From Iphione sp. A-MEVVRFRX5 (Eukaryota), in contig OZ320321.1 in assembly GCA_976226885.1 (NCBI GenBank), positions 20,894,001 to 20,958,000 of the forward strand: a stretch of 64,000 bases of DNA, written 5' to 3'. A program made the position numbers and the translations under genes. How positions within the stretch are numbered: the first letter of the stretch is position 1; every line of letters begins with the position of its first letter. This document shows, piece after piece, positions 50,777 through 64,000 of this stretch. The notes beneath the pieces were generated by a model. The model was not told the origin of the DNA, ran no database searches, and was given only the letters and a program-made list of their open reading frames with translations.

Positions 50777-51877
50777 GTATGGCATGACCTTTTCAGCCAA
50801 CAGTGATGAATGTCCAGTATAATTTTTTGCAGTCACAGTGACACCACTCATTGAACCAAACATTATCACACTGGGAGCTTTCCTCTTGGTGGGTCACTGT
50901 TGACTCCCACAAATATATACATAAACACCCATTTACATTACCCAGACTGAAATACTCTTCTGAAATATTTCTTCAATATTGGTAAAGTACTTGTCAGCTG
51001 TCACTCGAATGCCCCATGGTTAGGGATCTAGCAGTACTTGCCTTGACCTTCATCGTTATGTACCCACTCCTGGTATTCAAGTGGGTGTGTGTGTGTCTGT
51101 GTCTGTGAAAATTGTGTGTCTAGTAACTAATGAACCAGTTTTGTACATATAGTCGTGAAATTTACACACCCCCTGCTTCCCATTAGGCTCTTACTACTGT
51201 ATGATCTTAATACAAATAGAAAGAATCTCAGATGAGATAGAAGCTGATTTACAAGGAGAAGAACTGATTCACTTTCTACTGCTCTGTAATGGACCCGTTG
51301 ATTCACGCCAGGTGGCGTGGATTTGACCTAATTATAGCTCACCTCGCCATTGTTTTATAGTCTGTATTCAATCCTATGTAAAAACCCCAACTTTCCACTG
51401 CTGTCATTCTGTCAATACTCTATGTACAGAAATCTCTCATAATTTGAATGAAAGATCACTGAAATCTGAACCATGCATATACGAAACCATTTTGTCCTAC
51501 CGGTCATAGATTTTTTTGTAGTGACATGAGAAAGCTTCCACTCTATGTACAACTCTGTCAGCTAAGCCATGTAGATGAGGTTTGGAGAGGTAGGCTCATC
51601 AGTGTGCATGTGCAACTAGATGTAATTAGGACAAATGGTGAAAAACATCGTTTGTAACGAGAGAATCGACGGGTCCATTGATATTCTGCTGATATTTGTT
51701 CACATATTTACATGTTGTTCTATAGGTTTACCTCACATCGCGCTTAGGCTTGATTGGATTGCGCCCCATTTTTCTCCTTAGTATTGAGAAGTCCAATAAT
51801 CAACTCCCAACTGCTTTACCATGATTTTGTCGAGGTAGTTTACTGTATTATATTGGATCAACCTTATTTAATTTTAG

Positions 51878-52007
51878 GTCGGGGATGACCTTCGTCAGGA
51901 CATGCTTACTATGCAGCTAATCTCCATCATGGATAAGTTGTGGCTACGAGATGGGCTCGACCTCAAGATCATCACCTTTCGCTGCCAGGCCACCGGCCCC
52001 AAGAGAG
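51878..52007 (+). CDS. PIK3C2A: PI3K-C2 exon 22 (VGDDLRQDMLTMQLISIMDKLWLRDGLDL...)
   Basis: ttttag| and |gtatgg, phase 0 to 1. Confidence 0.98.
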
Positions 52008-52376
52008 GTATGGGCATCACAGTGACGAGCTCCACACAACCCACTGTCCTCTTTTTCTGTTCCCCCATTTGTTTCTATCGGTGTGTTTCTTTTTCCCTTT
52101 GCCTGTGTTTTTTTTCTCTTCACGCCTGTCTTTGTCTCTTTCTNNNNNNNNNNNNNNNNNNNNNNNNNNNNNNNNNNNNNNNNNNNNNNNNNNNNNNNNN
52201 NNNNNNNNNNNNNNNNNNNNNNNNNNNNNNNNNNNNNNNNNNNNNNNNNNNNNNNNNNNNNNNNNNNNNNNNTAGTCATAAATAAGCCAGTGGTCCACCG
52301 TCGATCCCTTTATCTGCTCCAATACCTTGAATACTGCACCATATTTAAGGAAAAATTCTGTCTCTTCTTGTGATAG

Positions 52377-52519
52377 GCCTGGTCGAGCTAGTGACTGAGT
52401 CGGAAACCCTACGAAAGATCCAAGTAAAGCACGGCCATGGTCTGACTGGCTCCTTCAAGGACCGCACTATCGCTGAATGGCTCCAGCTGCAGAACCCAAC
52501 AGAACTCGAGTACCAGAAG
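52377..52519 (+). CDS. PIK3C2A: PI3K-C2 exon 23 ([16 protein letters not shown]...GSFKD...EYQK)
   Basis: tgatag| and |gtgggg, phase 1 to 0. Confidence 0.97.
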
Positions 52520-53201
52520 GTGGGGCATCGTTAGCAGTGACATACCGGTGTAGTTTTAGATAATGCATGTTCATAAAAAAAAACAAGATCTAATGAAATA
52601 ATGATTTCAGGAAGGCAAATATTACTAGTATGAATATTGTCTTGCGGATGTGAAGAAGGCATTTAGGTCAAAATTTTGCGGACAATTTTGGTCGTAATTT
52701 GATTTTTCGAAGTCTATGCTTTTAACTGACTACAACAGCTTACACGCAGTGCTCCATGATTAACATGAGTAATTTACCTGGATGTTTCTTGACAAATACA
52801 AGACAAGTTTTGGAAATAGTGTGTTGGTTTTGATTTCGCTAACTCCTTATATAGTTAATACTTAGGAAGTTAGTGTTAGATACAAACTCGACATGTTCTT
52901 TGCTTTACAACGTTACAGTGGAACGCTGCATCAGGGACACATCTCAAATAGCCCTGACATGCCTCAAATAGGAAAAATTTAAGGAAGAACAGGTTCTCTT
53001 TGCTGTAAAAGTAAAAGAAGTATCCAATAGGGTCATGTTCGAACTAAGGATCATTTAGGAAACAACCAAGGTTGTCTTGGTTAGAGGCTTTTCACTGTAC
53101 TTCATCAGACTTATAGCTGTCCAGCTGTGGAGCCCATCGCCTTTGACAAATAGGATATCATTTATAGTTCTATGCCATTACATCAGTTATTGGAGACATG
53201 A

Positions 53202-53522
<321 letters not shown>

Positions 53523-54197
53523 TGATAAGCTGGGACTGTGTCCCAGACACCTTCTCGTATGTTGTGGTCATTCGAATGTGACTACCCATCGCTCGTTGGT
53601 CCACCTCTCCCATCTCACACCTATGCTATACCCATGTATACGATCTCTTGCCCCCTCCCCTTTCTTCTGCTCCTTAATAATTACTTTCTGTCTATATCTG
53701 TCTTGTCTGGCCTTAGTCATCCGGTTTGTTGAAAAGAGGAAAGGTTCAGCTACAAAATCTGTTAAATTCATGAAAGTAATTCCAGCCTCCTGTACTGACA
53801 GTCGTCCTGCCAATTTAGAGGATTCCTTCAAGTGAGCTCTACTTTGCAGCCTACAGCTCCATCTTCAACTAATTCTAAATTTTAGCACCAGAAGCAGATT
53901 CAAGGTGGTCACCAGAGAATGGTCCAGATAGTGCTGCGGTTGTCCGTGTTACCAATAGGCACTTTTAGTTCGGATGTTGCAGTGGTAAAACGCGTACCAC
54001 AGATGACCGCCACACCACCTAGACTATTCTCAGTTAGACACCTGTGTCCATCTGCTGGTACGAAGTCAAGACCACACTTGACTGTTAAGTTCATATAATC
54101 TGCTAATTTTCCAATACAGCTTAAAAAAACAAGATGTCCCCCAACTATGTGTACACCTCACTGATGAATGTCTCCTGTCTTGCTGTCTACCTTCTAG

Positions 54198-54354
54198 GGA
54201 TCGTGTACCATTTGTGTTGACCTCTGACATGGCCTACGTCATCAATGGCGGCGACCGGCCGGGCTACAAGTTCCAGCAGTTTGTCGACCTTTGCTGCCAG
54301 GCATTGAACATCCTTCGCAAACATAACCGGCTCTTTCTGAACCTCTTTTCCCTG
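54198..54354 (+). CDS. PIK3C2A: PI3K-C2 exon 25 ([18 protein letters not shown]...LFLNLFSL)
   Basis: ttctag| and |gtcagt, phase 2 to 0. Confidence 0.98.
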
Positions 54355-54814
54355 GTCAGTTACAAGCTTGGCAGTTTTACTTCATTCGTGCACAGAGGTG
54401 TCGCTGTTCATTGCTGCATCATTTATTTCCAATTTGAAATTAATACTTGAAAATAAATATATGAGAAATATATGGGTCCAGTGATAGCGGGATATCAAAT
54501 ATTGTGACGGTTAATAGGAGAACAGTTTATTGGTTTATCAGACTAATTCTTCCAGACGAATCAGATATTGCGGAACTGTTTCTCATCATTAGATTTAAAG
54601 ATCTATGGGGGCAATATTACAGCAGCAAATAAAGAAAATAATTTAAGAAACGATATGCACCAAATAGCAGAAACAGTTTTTCTACAGAATATGGAATGCT
54701 TTTCACCTATGATCATCTACCGTGAGCCTTGTATGTATATATGTAAATGGGTGTGAGTTGGTTTATATATCATATATATATATGAGTGTGTATATCCTAT
54801 TTTAATGATTACAG

Positions 54815-54921
54815 ATGGTAAGGTCTGGCATTCCGGGTGTGAATGAACACGCTGCCAAATATGTCCAACACACACTTCTCCCGGACCACACCACAGCGGA
54901 AGCCACCGCCATCTTCACCAG
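54815..54921 (+). CDS. PIK3C2A: PI3K-C2 exon 26 (MVRSGIPG...AEATAIFT)
   Basis: ttacag| and |gtaaag, phase 0 to 2. Confidence 0.96.
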
Positions 54922-55659
54922 GTAAAGACATCTCTATCAGTAAATTTTGTTCTGCTTACTACTACGAAAGCCATCTTCTCTATTTTTTTTAGTTTCTCCA
55001 TAATGGTGTGCTTCTACAGTGTCTTCATGTTTTCCTGTGAGAATTCCCGTCTCCCATTTTGACTTTCTTCTTTTAGTAATCACCATAACCATATCTGTAA
55101 TTCTGTCTTTTTGAAGGTCTACCATTACACAGTTAACTGAATCGTCTCAGTCGCAGTCTCTCCCTCCGCCCCTCCAACTCCCTCCTCTGGCTTAATGCCC
55201 TCACTTCTTCTCCCTACCACCTGTTTTCTTGTTGTCCCATTCCTCATAGAGGCGGTAACCTTGGCATTGCTGCTGTCCATTTGTCACACCCTTCATCATA
55301 ATCTCGTTTTTCTGTCTCCTCCTAAACTAAATAATCAAATAATTTTTATATATTATCTTCTACTTTATGGATGTTATAAACTTGCTCATTTTGCACAGCT
55401 CCACTTAATTAAGATACAGTTGAATGCCTCAGAGCTGGGGTCTTCGATGAAAGTGTCCAAAAGGTGGTCTATGTCTGGATTATGCTATAGTCTGCTTCCC
55501 CATCAAAATCAGTCAGTTCCACCTGATTGAACAGCAGAAGGGAAAATCGACTTTGTAGGTCCTTGTTTAATTTGCTCCTGTTCTGTTGCATTCATTATCG
55601 TACCAATGCCTAGAAAATCAAAGGTGATGTGTTAAACGTATCAACCGGGACTCTTCCAG

Positions 55660-55785
55660 GATGATAGAGGAAAGCCTGAAGTCGATCTCTACCCAGATCA
55701 ACTTCTTCTTCCACAACTTGGCACAGATGAAGTTCTCTGGACACAGCGAGGGGGCGCTGTTGTCCTTCATACCGAAGACCTACAG
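55660..55785 (+). CDS. PIK3C2A: PI3K-C2 exon 27 ([27 protein letters not shown]...PKTY)
   Basis: ttccag| and |gtaaga, phase 2 to 2. Confidence 0.97.
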
Positions 55786-56268
55786 GTAAGACTCCTCAGT
55801 AGTGACATCAAATGTTTGAATAGCCAAGGAAAATTGACAGGAGTGTCATTCTGATTCGGTCAAAGTGGGTTTGGAAATGATTAATTTAGGAGGTTACCAT
55901 AGTTTTAGGGTACAAATCAGATGGTCGGAGAACTATGTTTTTTTTCCTTCCAAAGGTTAACGGGGACGATCGTGGTCAATACAAAATTCACTGCTTAACT
56001 GATGAGGCGTGGCATCCAAGTGAATCACTCAGTGGATTTTATCTCAGTAGGTTACTGGCTGTGGAGAACCAGAAGTGGACAAAACTGAGTGTTCTGCCTG
56101 CTTACGCTGTCCTATGTTAGAATGTATAGTAGGCAAGGCGAATTCTTTGACCAAAGCTGCATGGGAGGGTTTCCCCTGTTGAGGTGCAGGTAGCTTAGAT
56201 GCATTTTTTTATGTATAAGTTTTACTTCTCCTGGGGTGAAATGTACCAACGTTTTCCCTTTTTTTCAG

Positions 56269-56344
56269 CTTGGCTACCGATGGGAAGATAATGAACATTG
56301 AAGTCTTTGGTTACCAGAAGCGTTACAATCCAGAGAAATACTAC
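56269..56344 (+). CDS. PIK3C2A: PI3K-C2 exon 28 (PX start: DGKIMNIEVFGYQKRYNPEKYY)
   Basis: tttcag| and |gtaagt, phase 2 to 0. Confidence 0.97.
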
Positions 56345-56691
56345 GTAAGTATCATCATCCCGGCACGTTTCAGTGTAATAAGAATAGATTTAGAATTAAA
56401 GTTGTCAAGCATGAAAAACAGAACTGATCTCCCAAGACTATATTAAATTTTGTGTTGAACTTTCATATGAATTCCATCGTGATGACAGTATTCTGTTACT
56501 CCAAGTAGCGATAATGTTATATCTGCACCATATCCTTGTATTGGAAAATCTCCGTTTTTTCAATTATAGAGCTATGCATTTCAGCAAATGACAAATTCAC
56601 AACACTGCTGCTGACTCAGTTCTAGTACCGCTCTGTTGAAGAATTCTGCCAGCAACCCAAACAAAATTAATAGTTATGTTTTCGATGACAG

Positions 56692-56828
56692 ATCTACATC
56701 ATCAAGGTCGACCGTGAGAACCAGAAGGTGCCCTCCTTCATCTTCAGGAGATACTCAGAGTTCCAGGAGTTCCATCATAAACTCATTGTCCTCTTTCCCC
56801 TTGCTAAGCTACCCAGTCTGTCCGGAAA
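56692..56828 (+). CDS. PIK3C2A: PI3K-C2 exon 29 (PX: IYIIKV...FIFRRYSEFQEFHHKL)
   Basis: tgacag| and |gtaagt, phase 0 to 2. Confidence 0.97.
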
Positions 56829-56895
56829 GTAAGTCGCATATTTGCTATCTATGGCAATTATGAGGAAGGGAGAAAGTCAGTCACAGCCAGACAGA

Positions 56896-56929
<34 letters not shown>

Positions 56930-57408
56930 GGACAGACAGACAAACGTGGGAGGAGAGGGGATTTAAAAGGGAGAAAGACTAAGAGGCATACAGAGTGGAG
57001 TTTCACAAAGGAAAGGTGAATTAATGAGAGATGGGAGACAAATAGTTATCCTTATAGCTAAGCAAACAAGTCAAGGCTGGTGTGAACACTGGCTATATCA
57101 TGCCTACATGAACTCTCCCTCACCTGGGTTCACACACGCACATACACACACAAAACTTATGAACTGTTCACTGGACTTCCTTGTAATTTTACTTTACACC
57201 GCAGGTATTCATGACTATGTCATTGATGCAAATTCTAAGTCATAATGTATTTTCCAGACTCTATTTCTATATAGCTTTACTGAAAAACACCGTGCCTTAT
57301 GCATTAAGTAACAGGCACTGGAAACACTCACACTATCAACACCTCTCCGTACCCATGTCAGTTGATCTTCCCAAGCACAACGTAAGAACTCCCTTGTCTG
57401 TCTTGCAG

Positions 57409-57514
57409 AGTGTTGTTGGGTCGGACTCACGTGAAGACGGTGGCCGAGGCCAGGAAGTCCGAACTGGAGAAGTTCCTCAGGCAGCTGCTGCAGCTGGCGC
57501 CGGAGATATCAGAG
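57409..57514 (+). CDS. PIK3C2A: PI3K-C2 exon 30 (PX: VLLGRTHVKTVAEARKSELEKFL)
   Basis: ttgcag| and |gtcagt, phase 2 to 0. Confidence 0.97.
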
Positions 57515-58206
57515 GTCAGTTCTTCCTAGCTCCTCACCTGCGTGTGTTTTTACCTGTGCATGATTGACATCAGTCCGTAACTTTACACCACCATCTGACA
57601 ATGTCGCATTTTTCCTGAATGTATCTATAACAGGTTATCTGCTGCTTGGTAGGAGAGCTGAATCCCGTGTCTATAAAGATTGAGCCTTCAGTCAAACCTT
57701 GTGAAATGAAGTGTCACCTGTTGCAGCAACTTGTGTTCAGATAAGAAAACATTTGCATAAACAGACCCAGTTTTTGCTTTAATAAGGACAATGCGGCAAA
57801 CAAGGCAGCAGATAACAAGGCTTGACTGTATCATATGTGTGCATATTGGAAATCTCAATAAAAAGATTTGTTTACAGTTTTGTTGGTTTTGAGACATTGT
57901 GACGTGAGAAACACCTCATCATCGATAACGAAAGTTGCTCACTCCCGTTTATTCCCCGTGATATAGCGCCGTGCTGCTGTATGTACCACCTCTGTCAACA
58001 CCTAGAACTGTAGGCGGTAATGTTTGGTAATACGTTTGACGATTTGTTTTGAGTTTAATAACGAGTTGCCCTGGTGACTACACTGGCTCCACGTGACTTA
58101 CCGAATAGGACTGGATCCTCTTTCCATATATACAGCCAGGACTCCGTATAGCTGAAATGATCGCCATTTCAGTGATTTCTGTTTCGAAATCGCACATTTT
58201 ACGAAA

Positions 58207-58387
58207 CAGTGGAACCCCTCTACTTAGGACATCCTCTATAAAGGACATCCCACACTATGTGCAGGCTGGAGACAGAACCAGATCTATATAAACTTGTTTA
58301 AATGCTTGTGCTATAAAAGGACACCCCTCTTTATGGACAGTTTTTGGTCAGTCCCTTTGCTGTCCATAGTAGAGAGGTTCCACTGTA
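58207..58387. mobile_element. MITE with cagtggaacc TIRs
   Basis: cagtggaacccctcta ... tagagaggttccactg-TA. Confidence 0.8.
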
Positions 58388-58802
58388 CTTATTATTAGCA
58401 GGAAAATGCCTGTTTGTATTATTTCGTTAAATTCACTTATAAATTGCAACTTTTCGGATATTGCGTGTGCGTATATGGAGTCCTGACTGTTTCGTCTGGA
58501 ATTCTACTGTACATAAACAGTGTGTGTGTCTGTCTCTTCACATTTACTGGACATCTAGATGAGGCTCCTCTTTATTTCATATTTCGATAAGCACTTGTGC
58601 CTAGGGTTTCCTGTGAAACCTTCACTAATGATTGCAATATTATATATATTATATCCTGTATATAAGGTGTAGCGCTACTGTTAGAGGGTGTGATATGAGT
58701 GACTTTGATGCTGCTGCCCCACCCCCCACCCCCGATCATCTCTTCTCTTGAGAGGTCGGCATATAGAGGCGGATGGCCTTACTTGATTTCTCTCTCATAA
58801 CA

Positions 58803-58833
<31 letters not shown>

Positions 58834-59760
58834 GGTGCGGGGAAGGGTGGGAGGGGAGGGGTCCAGCTAGGCGTCCGTTCAAGGGTCAGACAGGGACCAG
58901 GGAGGTGGTAGGTATAGGAGGTGGAAATGGCATATTATACAGAATCTTTGTTTGATGTCAGCGCTGCAGTTTGACTTACTGCCACTGCACAGTATGTGTA
59001 TATGTGTACGTGTGTATCTCTGTGTGCTGTTGTGTGATTTTTTTTCCTTCCCGAGTTTTCTGTACTACTAACAACATGCAACAAAGTACAAGACCTCCAC
59101 TGGGCAGCTGTCAGGTAGCATTACTTCCAGCTAATGGTTAGTTTCTGTTTGAGTGCCATAATTGAAAGATGTAATGGTAATGTATCGACAACTATTGCAA
59201 GTTATCCAGAGAGGGTTTTACTGACGGTTTTTACTGACACAGTATCATGACGTGCCCCCCTGAAGAAGGCTGCATATGACAGTCAAAAAGCTCGTGATTT
59301 ACGTCTCATTTTCCTTAATAAAAGGCCAACTGCTGGACTACTCTGGAGTTTCTAGCCCTCTTTATTAACATTTTCACACAAAGTAGGTTTTGTCCCTCTT
59401 TATTGATATTTTGACACAAAATAGGTTCTTGCAATATAGGTATGACTTAGTATCTAAGTTTCGCTTATTTCTGAGTAAAATGAAGTAAAACAGCCATTGT
59501 TCGGGTATTGAGAGTTAACTGTATATGAAACACAATGTAGATATAACCGGACTAGAGGACAATTTAGTTTATTATGGATGTCTGTCAACAGTGTGGCATA
59601 TAACTGTCTTTAATTCTTCATTGATGATACTGATCGATTTCACCGCCTTCTCACAATGTTTTGGTTAAACCATATCTCGCACTACATATTACGGTTCAGA
59701 TTTATACAAATTATTTGGCTAGTGTATATACCTGTGGTTTCTGTTGCTTCTTCTTTTCAG

Positions 59761-59839
59761 TGTGATCTAGTGTATACCTTTTTCCATCCGATGTTGAGGG
59801 ACGAACAGGACATCGATAAAAACCTCCACAAACTTAAAG
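59761..59839 (+). CDS. PIK3C2A: PI3K-C2 exon 31 (CDLVYTFFHPMLRDEQ)
   Basis: tttcag| and |gttagt, phase 0 to 1. Confidence 0.96.
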
Positions 59840-62664
59840 GTTAGTGTTTATTCAGATGTTAACATTCATAAAACCTCCACACACTCAAAGGTTAGTCTCC
59901 ATACATCTTCATACATACTCAGAAGGCCAAACGGTGTGTCCAGGTACCTTTAAAATAACTCGAATCACCAATCCACCCACTCACCCACTTCAGGAGTGGA
60001 TCATATTGCACACATGAGACGAACTCAATACTGCTGCAGAAAGGAGCAGTGCATATTACGACAGCTTGTTTTGACCCGTCAACTACGACTGGTACCGGTC
60101 CTTTTGAATATGTGCGGACAATTTATGTATTGTTCACGTGTTTTCAAATGCCTTCCTCTTACAGAAAGTGGGCCGGGACATCGAGGCAATAAAACGGGTA
60201 AAGTTCCAGTTTAAAAAGTCAGAAGTACATTGTACTTAGCTAAAGGTGGTTTCTCCTTAGTTACCCCCCCCCCCCAAAAAAAAAGACCCTGTGATAGGTT
60301 ACTTGTTTTCTGTCAGTAATACCTACCTGTTAATTAACGTAGATGTATTTTTTTTTCTCTCCCAAAGTTCCCCCTCCCAAACTGGCAATGCTGCATTATT
60401 AGTTGCAATATTAGTGTAAACGAAGTCAAGGATGTATAGTTCAAACAGCTGTCATCATCATAAGACTTTAGGAAAAGGGCTTTCCTGCTGTGACAATACT
60501 GATTTTGGAGTTGGTAAACTGTATAGCAATATTTTTTGTCTTAGCTGAATGCATGTGTTCCATCTTAATATTAATGGAAATGGACACTGACAGAGAGCAA
60601 CATCCGTTGAAAACTGCATGAGCAGAGAGCTTTACAGAGATTCAAATGTCAGTCAGTTGATTAGAAATATTACAGCATATTGCAGCGGCACTAACAAGAG
60701 ATACTAACAGGGTGTTATACTCAAGGTTGTGCTGTTGAAGTACTTGTCGCATTCTGCTTTTTTGTTGAACCTTGACCCTGTACCACACTCCTGTGTGGTA
60801 CATGGTTGTGTACTATTCACCTGTCAAGAGTGGGGAACGCCACAATCTGTACCACACAGGAGTGAGATGTGTTCAGTTTCAGACGGGAGCTTTTGATCAT
60901 AGCACCAAAGCTGTCCCCATTCCTAGAGGTGAGCTAGGTTGTACGCCTTGATCGTGCCCATGATTTCCTTAAATTCCTTACTGATTAGATATGATTTCCT
61001 ATAGCTAAGTGTGCTCGACATCGAAAATGTGGAGGCAGCGACATGCAAGATATGTTTTATCGAGTCAAGACCTTCGTGCTTTATGAAGGTAGCATTTAGG
61101 TTTATAACTGTTTTTCCAAGAATCAAGGTGTAAATCAAGGACATGCCAGGACCTCCTGCCAGGTCCAAGTGTTTTGTACTAAGACAGGACCTCTACACAG
61201 TGGAAGTATATGCTCGTGGGTGAGTCTTGTTGTACCACACTCGACCTGTGGTCGTCTGTGGTACAGCAAAGTGAATCCACAAGCACATTTCGCCAGTGGA
61301 AGTCTGGTCATGTTTTTATTCCATGCATATTTAAGAATATGTACGGTTAACTCTAACTTTATGAAGCATTCTTGGCAAATCGCAAACAGGGTATTTACCC
61401 ATTTTTAGCCAATACGCATGCGTGATAGGGTAGCTTGGACATGAGATATTTGTTGTGTTTAAGAAAAGATGATGCTATTTATTTTTTTTTAAAACTTTGT
61501 TTTTAAATGGAACTGTCTGTCAAATTTGGTTCAACATGTCCAAAAAGGTGTGCATATGTTAACTATGTTATATTGTTCTCTGTGTCGCTTTTATATGTTT
61601 ATGTTTCAAACTGGTAATCACATGACAGTCTGTTTTGCATGAGAGAAGATCTCATGCAGTACACACTGAAATACTGTATGGATCTCAGAGGCTGGTAATA
61701 TGAGATTTGTACTACACAAGCATAGAATATATGTATACAGTGACTATATACATGTACATAACACTATATATATTTAGTGAGTATATCATACAGTTGAGTT
61801 TTTATATTCAAATTTTGATGCACTGCGTAGTCTGTATTTGAGTGGGTTTTTTTCTCATTTTTCTTTCTTGTAAGCAGGAATACATCATCGCATATAATTC
61901 ATTCTTCAGCTGACTTGTTATTGTGAAATAATTGGCAGGAGAGTAGCATTATTCTAAGTATTACTTAACAGTACAAAAGAAGGATTTGGGAATAAACTGT
62001 ACAATTTGTTTCACATCATTTGTACGTAAAGAGTTACTTGACGAATAATGAATAAGATATATAATACTGTAGATAATCTCCTCAGGTAGTTACCCTTCCC
62101 CCTTGCCTCCTGTTCTCCTTGGATGATGTCCCACTCCTAGAGTTTTCCTACCCTGGGGAACTTCTGTGTACAGAAGGGCAGTGAACCCTTCTCTCCCTCC
62201 AGTCACATCATCTCCCGTCCAGTCATAACAGAAGACGTGGCGAAACTATCACTCGGTGGTAGAATAAAAGAAAAGACATCCAGTTGGTCGGTTTGCTTGC
62301 TGCCAGTTGGCCTCTTCCTCTTTCCTACAACCACCGCTAGCATCCATGTATAAGAGCTCAACTCCATCAACAGTTCACCTTTAAATTATTGTAGCCCAAA
62401 CTTTAAACCGTTTTCTCTCTCTCAAGGTTGAGGGATGTTGCCCAGAAAAGAGCGGAACATCAGGATGTGGGTGGTTGGTCTTGATGAAAACAGATGTGGG
62501 GATTTGTCTTGTTGAAAACATGTGACTTTAGTACCAGGATAGGACACGAGGCGTCTCTCGACGAAAGCAGAGGTGATGATTAGTTTTTATGAAAACTGTG
62601 TTGGCTAGCTTCTCCCTCCCACAGTGACCTTAAGACCTGTTTATCACTTCTCAACTTGTGACAG

Positions 62665-62774
62665 GAGAAATGGCCCCGCGACCGTCAGCTCGGATGATCC
62701 AAGGTCAGGTGAAGCTGTCAATCATCTATAAGAATGACGCACTGACTGTTATGATCATGCATGTCAAGGACCTG
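62665..62774 (+). CDS. PIK3C2A: PI3K-C2 exon 32 (C-terminal C2 start: IQGQVKLSIIYKNDALTVMIMHVKDL)
   Basis: tgacag| and |gtgagt, phase 1 to 0. Confidence 0.96.
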
Positions 62775-63688
62775 GTGAGTGTCACTACCGCTCGATATGA
62801 AGTCTGTGTACGTGTGTGCCTCTCTCTTCTTAACGAATCCTATGAGAATGAAACTACTTTATGACGAAATCAACAGAAAGCCTGTAAGAGGTTGTATATA
62901 TATCGTTTCCTCTCTTTCTCACACTGTCTATATGTCTGTAAATGTGTGTGTGTTTGTGTCTGTGTCTGTCTGCACCAAATTCCTGAGATGTGTTTTCCTT
63001 AGAACTATACGTATTTGCAGGAAACTTGTATGAAATTGCTGAGATGTTTTATGTATCATTCTGCATCTTGGTCATTATGATAGGTTATACCGAAAAATAA
63101 ACGTCGTTGAGACGTTTATACTCGCACTGTATCATCTACAGTAACTTATACTTCTTTCAGTTGTTTGGTTTATGAAGGGATAGCGTTTTTTCTTGAATTT
63201 CTACTTGAGAAATAAGCCATTTTTGTCCCCCGCCTCATAGAGGGGGGGACATTAGGAATGCTGCCAGCTGGTGTCCCGACCATCCGTCACACTCTTGTGG
63301 GTCTTATAAGTTTTAAACCCTTCACTCAAAAAAACTGATTTTTATATATGATATTGGTAAATATGGCCCCATGGCACTGGGTAATTTTGGTAGTAATTCA
63401 AATATTTTAAAGGTGAAATTATGCCAATTTTACTCTTTTCCTAACACACCTACAAACATACATACCTGGTTCAGGGGTTCCTAGGTCTGACAATGCACAT
63501 ACACACACACTCAGTGCTCAGTCATGCAGAACCGAGGATTTGTAGCAGTCTGGTGCTCAGTGAGGCAGAACCGAGGGGACTGTGTCCGGTCAGGCAGAAC
63601 CGAGAGTTGTAAACCTGAAGGACTTAAACAAGTCTAGCCAACTACCCCCAAAACAAGCAGCCAATCAAGGTGGTTGTAAGGAGAGAGA

Positions 63689-63707
63689 GACACACTACAC
63701 ACACACA

Positions 63708-63753
<46 letters not shown>

Positions 63754-63785
63754 CTCTCTCTTTCTCTCCCCTTCCCCCCCCCCCC
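63689..63785. repeat. (CA)n/(CT)n microsatellite and C-run
   Basis: Direct inspection. Confidence 0.95.
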
Positions 63786-63966
63786 CAATCTTTATGGGCA
63801 GTTGATGGCGGGGGACAATAGACCTCACAGGTCCATACTCTTGTACTGCTACAGTGAGACCACCGGCAGAACTCTTATAACCATTGGAAGTGGAAATAGC
63901 ACAATTTATAACAGAATGTCAAAAGACTCTGGATTGCTAATGATTTCTGATTTTAATTGTCTACAG

Positions 63967-64000
63967 GGTGTTGAAGGTGACGAGGTGCCCTCTCCTTATG
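63967..64000 (+). CDS. PIK3C2A: PI3K-C2 exon 33, partial (GVEGDEVPSPYV...), truncated by window end
   Basis: ctacag| phase 0; resembles the P.PYVK motif of the C-terminal C2. Confidence 0.88.

Noticed and set aside
52425-52445. Apparent two-residue HG insertion in the kinase domain ([13 protein letters not shown])
   Set aside because: Falls in a loop that varies in length among PI3K classes; catalytic motifs are intact
61188-61219. 32-nt AG..GT segment with a good gtgagt donor
   Set aside because: Not frame-compatible with the flanking phase-1 intron

Overview
Eukaryotic (metazoan) genomic DNA with four scaffold gaps. Intron-exon style, microsatellites and MITE content suggest an invertebrate deuterostome such as amphioxus; this taxon is my inference. 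Most of the window (9770 to past 64000, + strand) is one class II phosphatidylinositol 3-kinase gene (PIK3C2A-like). I traced 33 GT-AG coding exons with consistent phases, about 1860 codons: long disordered N-terminus, RBD, C2, helical, kinase with intact DRH/DFG, PX, and the start of the C-terminal C2, which runs off the window. The best novelty candidate is a nested antisense gene in the largest intron (39444-50224). It has two coding exons (42773-42960 and 41295-41652) giving a 181-aa protein with a signal peptide, 8 cysteines whose core spacing resembles neuritin/CPG15 and the RGM N-domain, and a hydrophobic GPI-like tail. Other observations: a decayed partial exon duplicate, duplicated or decoy splice sites, 5'UTR uORFs, RFX X-box-like motifs, a 2.1-kb palindromic transposon composite, many TA- and TAA-flanked MITEs, minisatellites, and strong TACATGTA enrichment. 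No rRNA, tRNA or CRISPR array was recognised.
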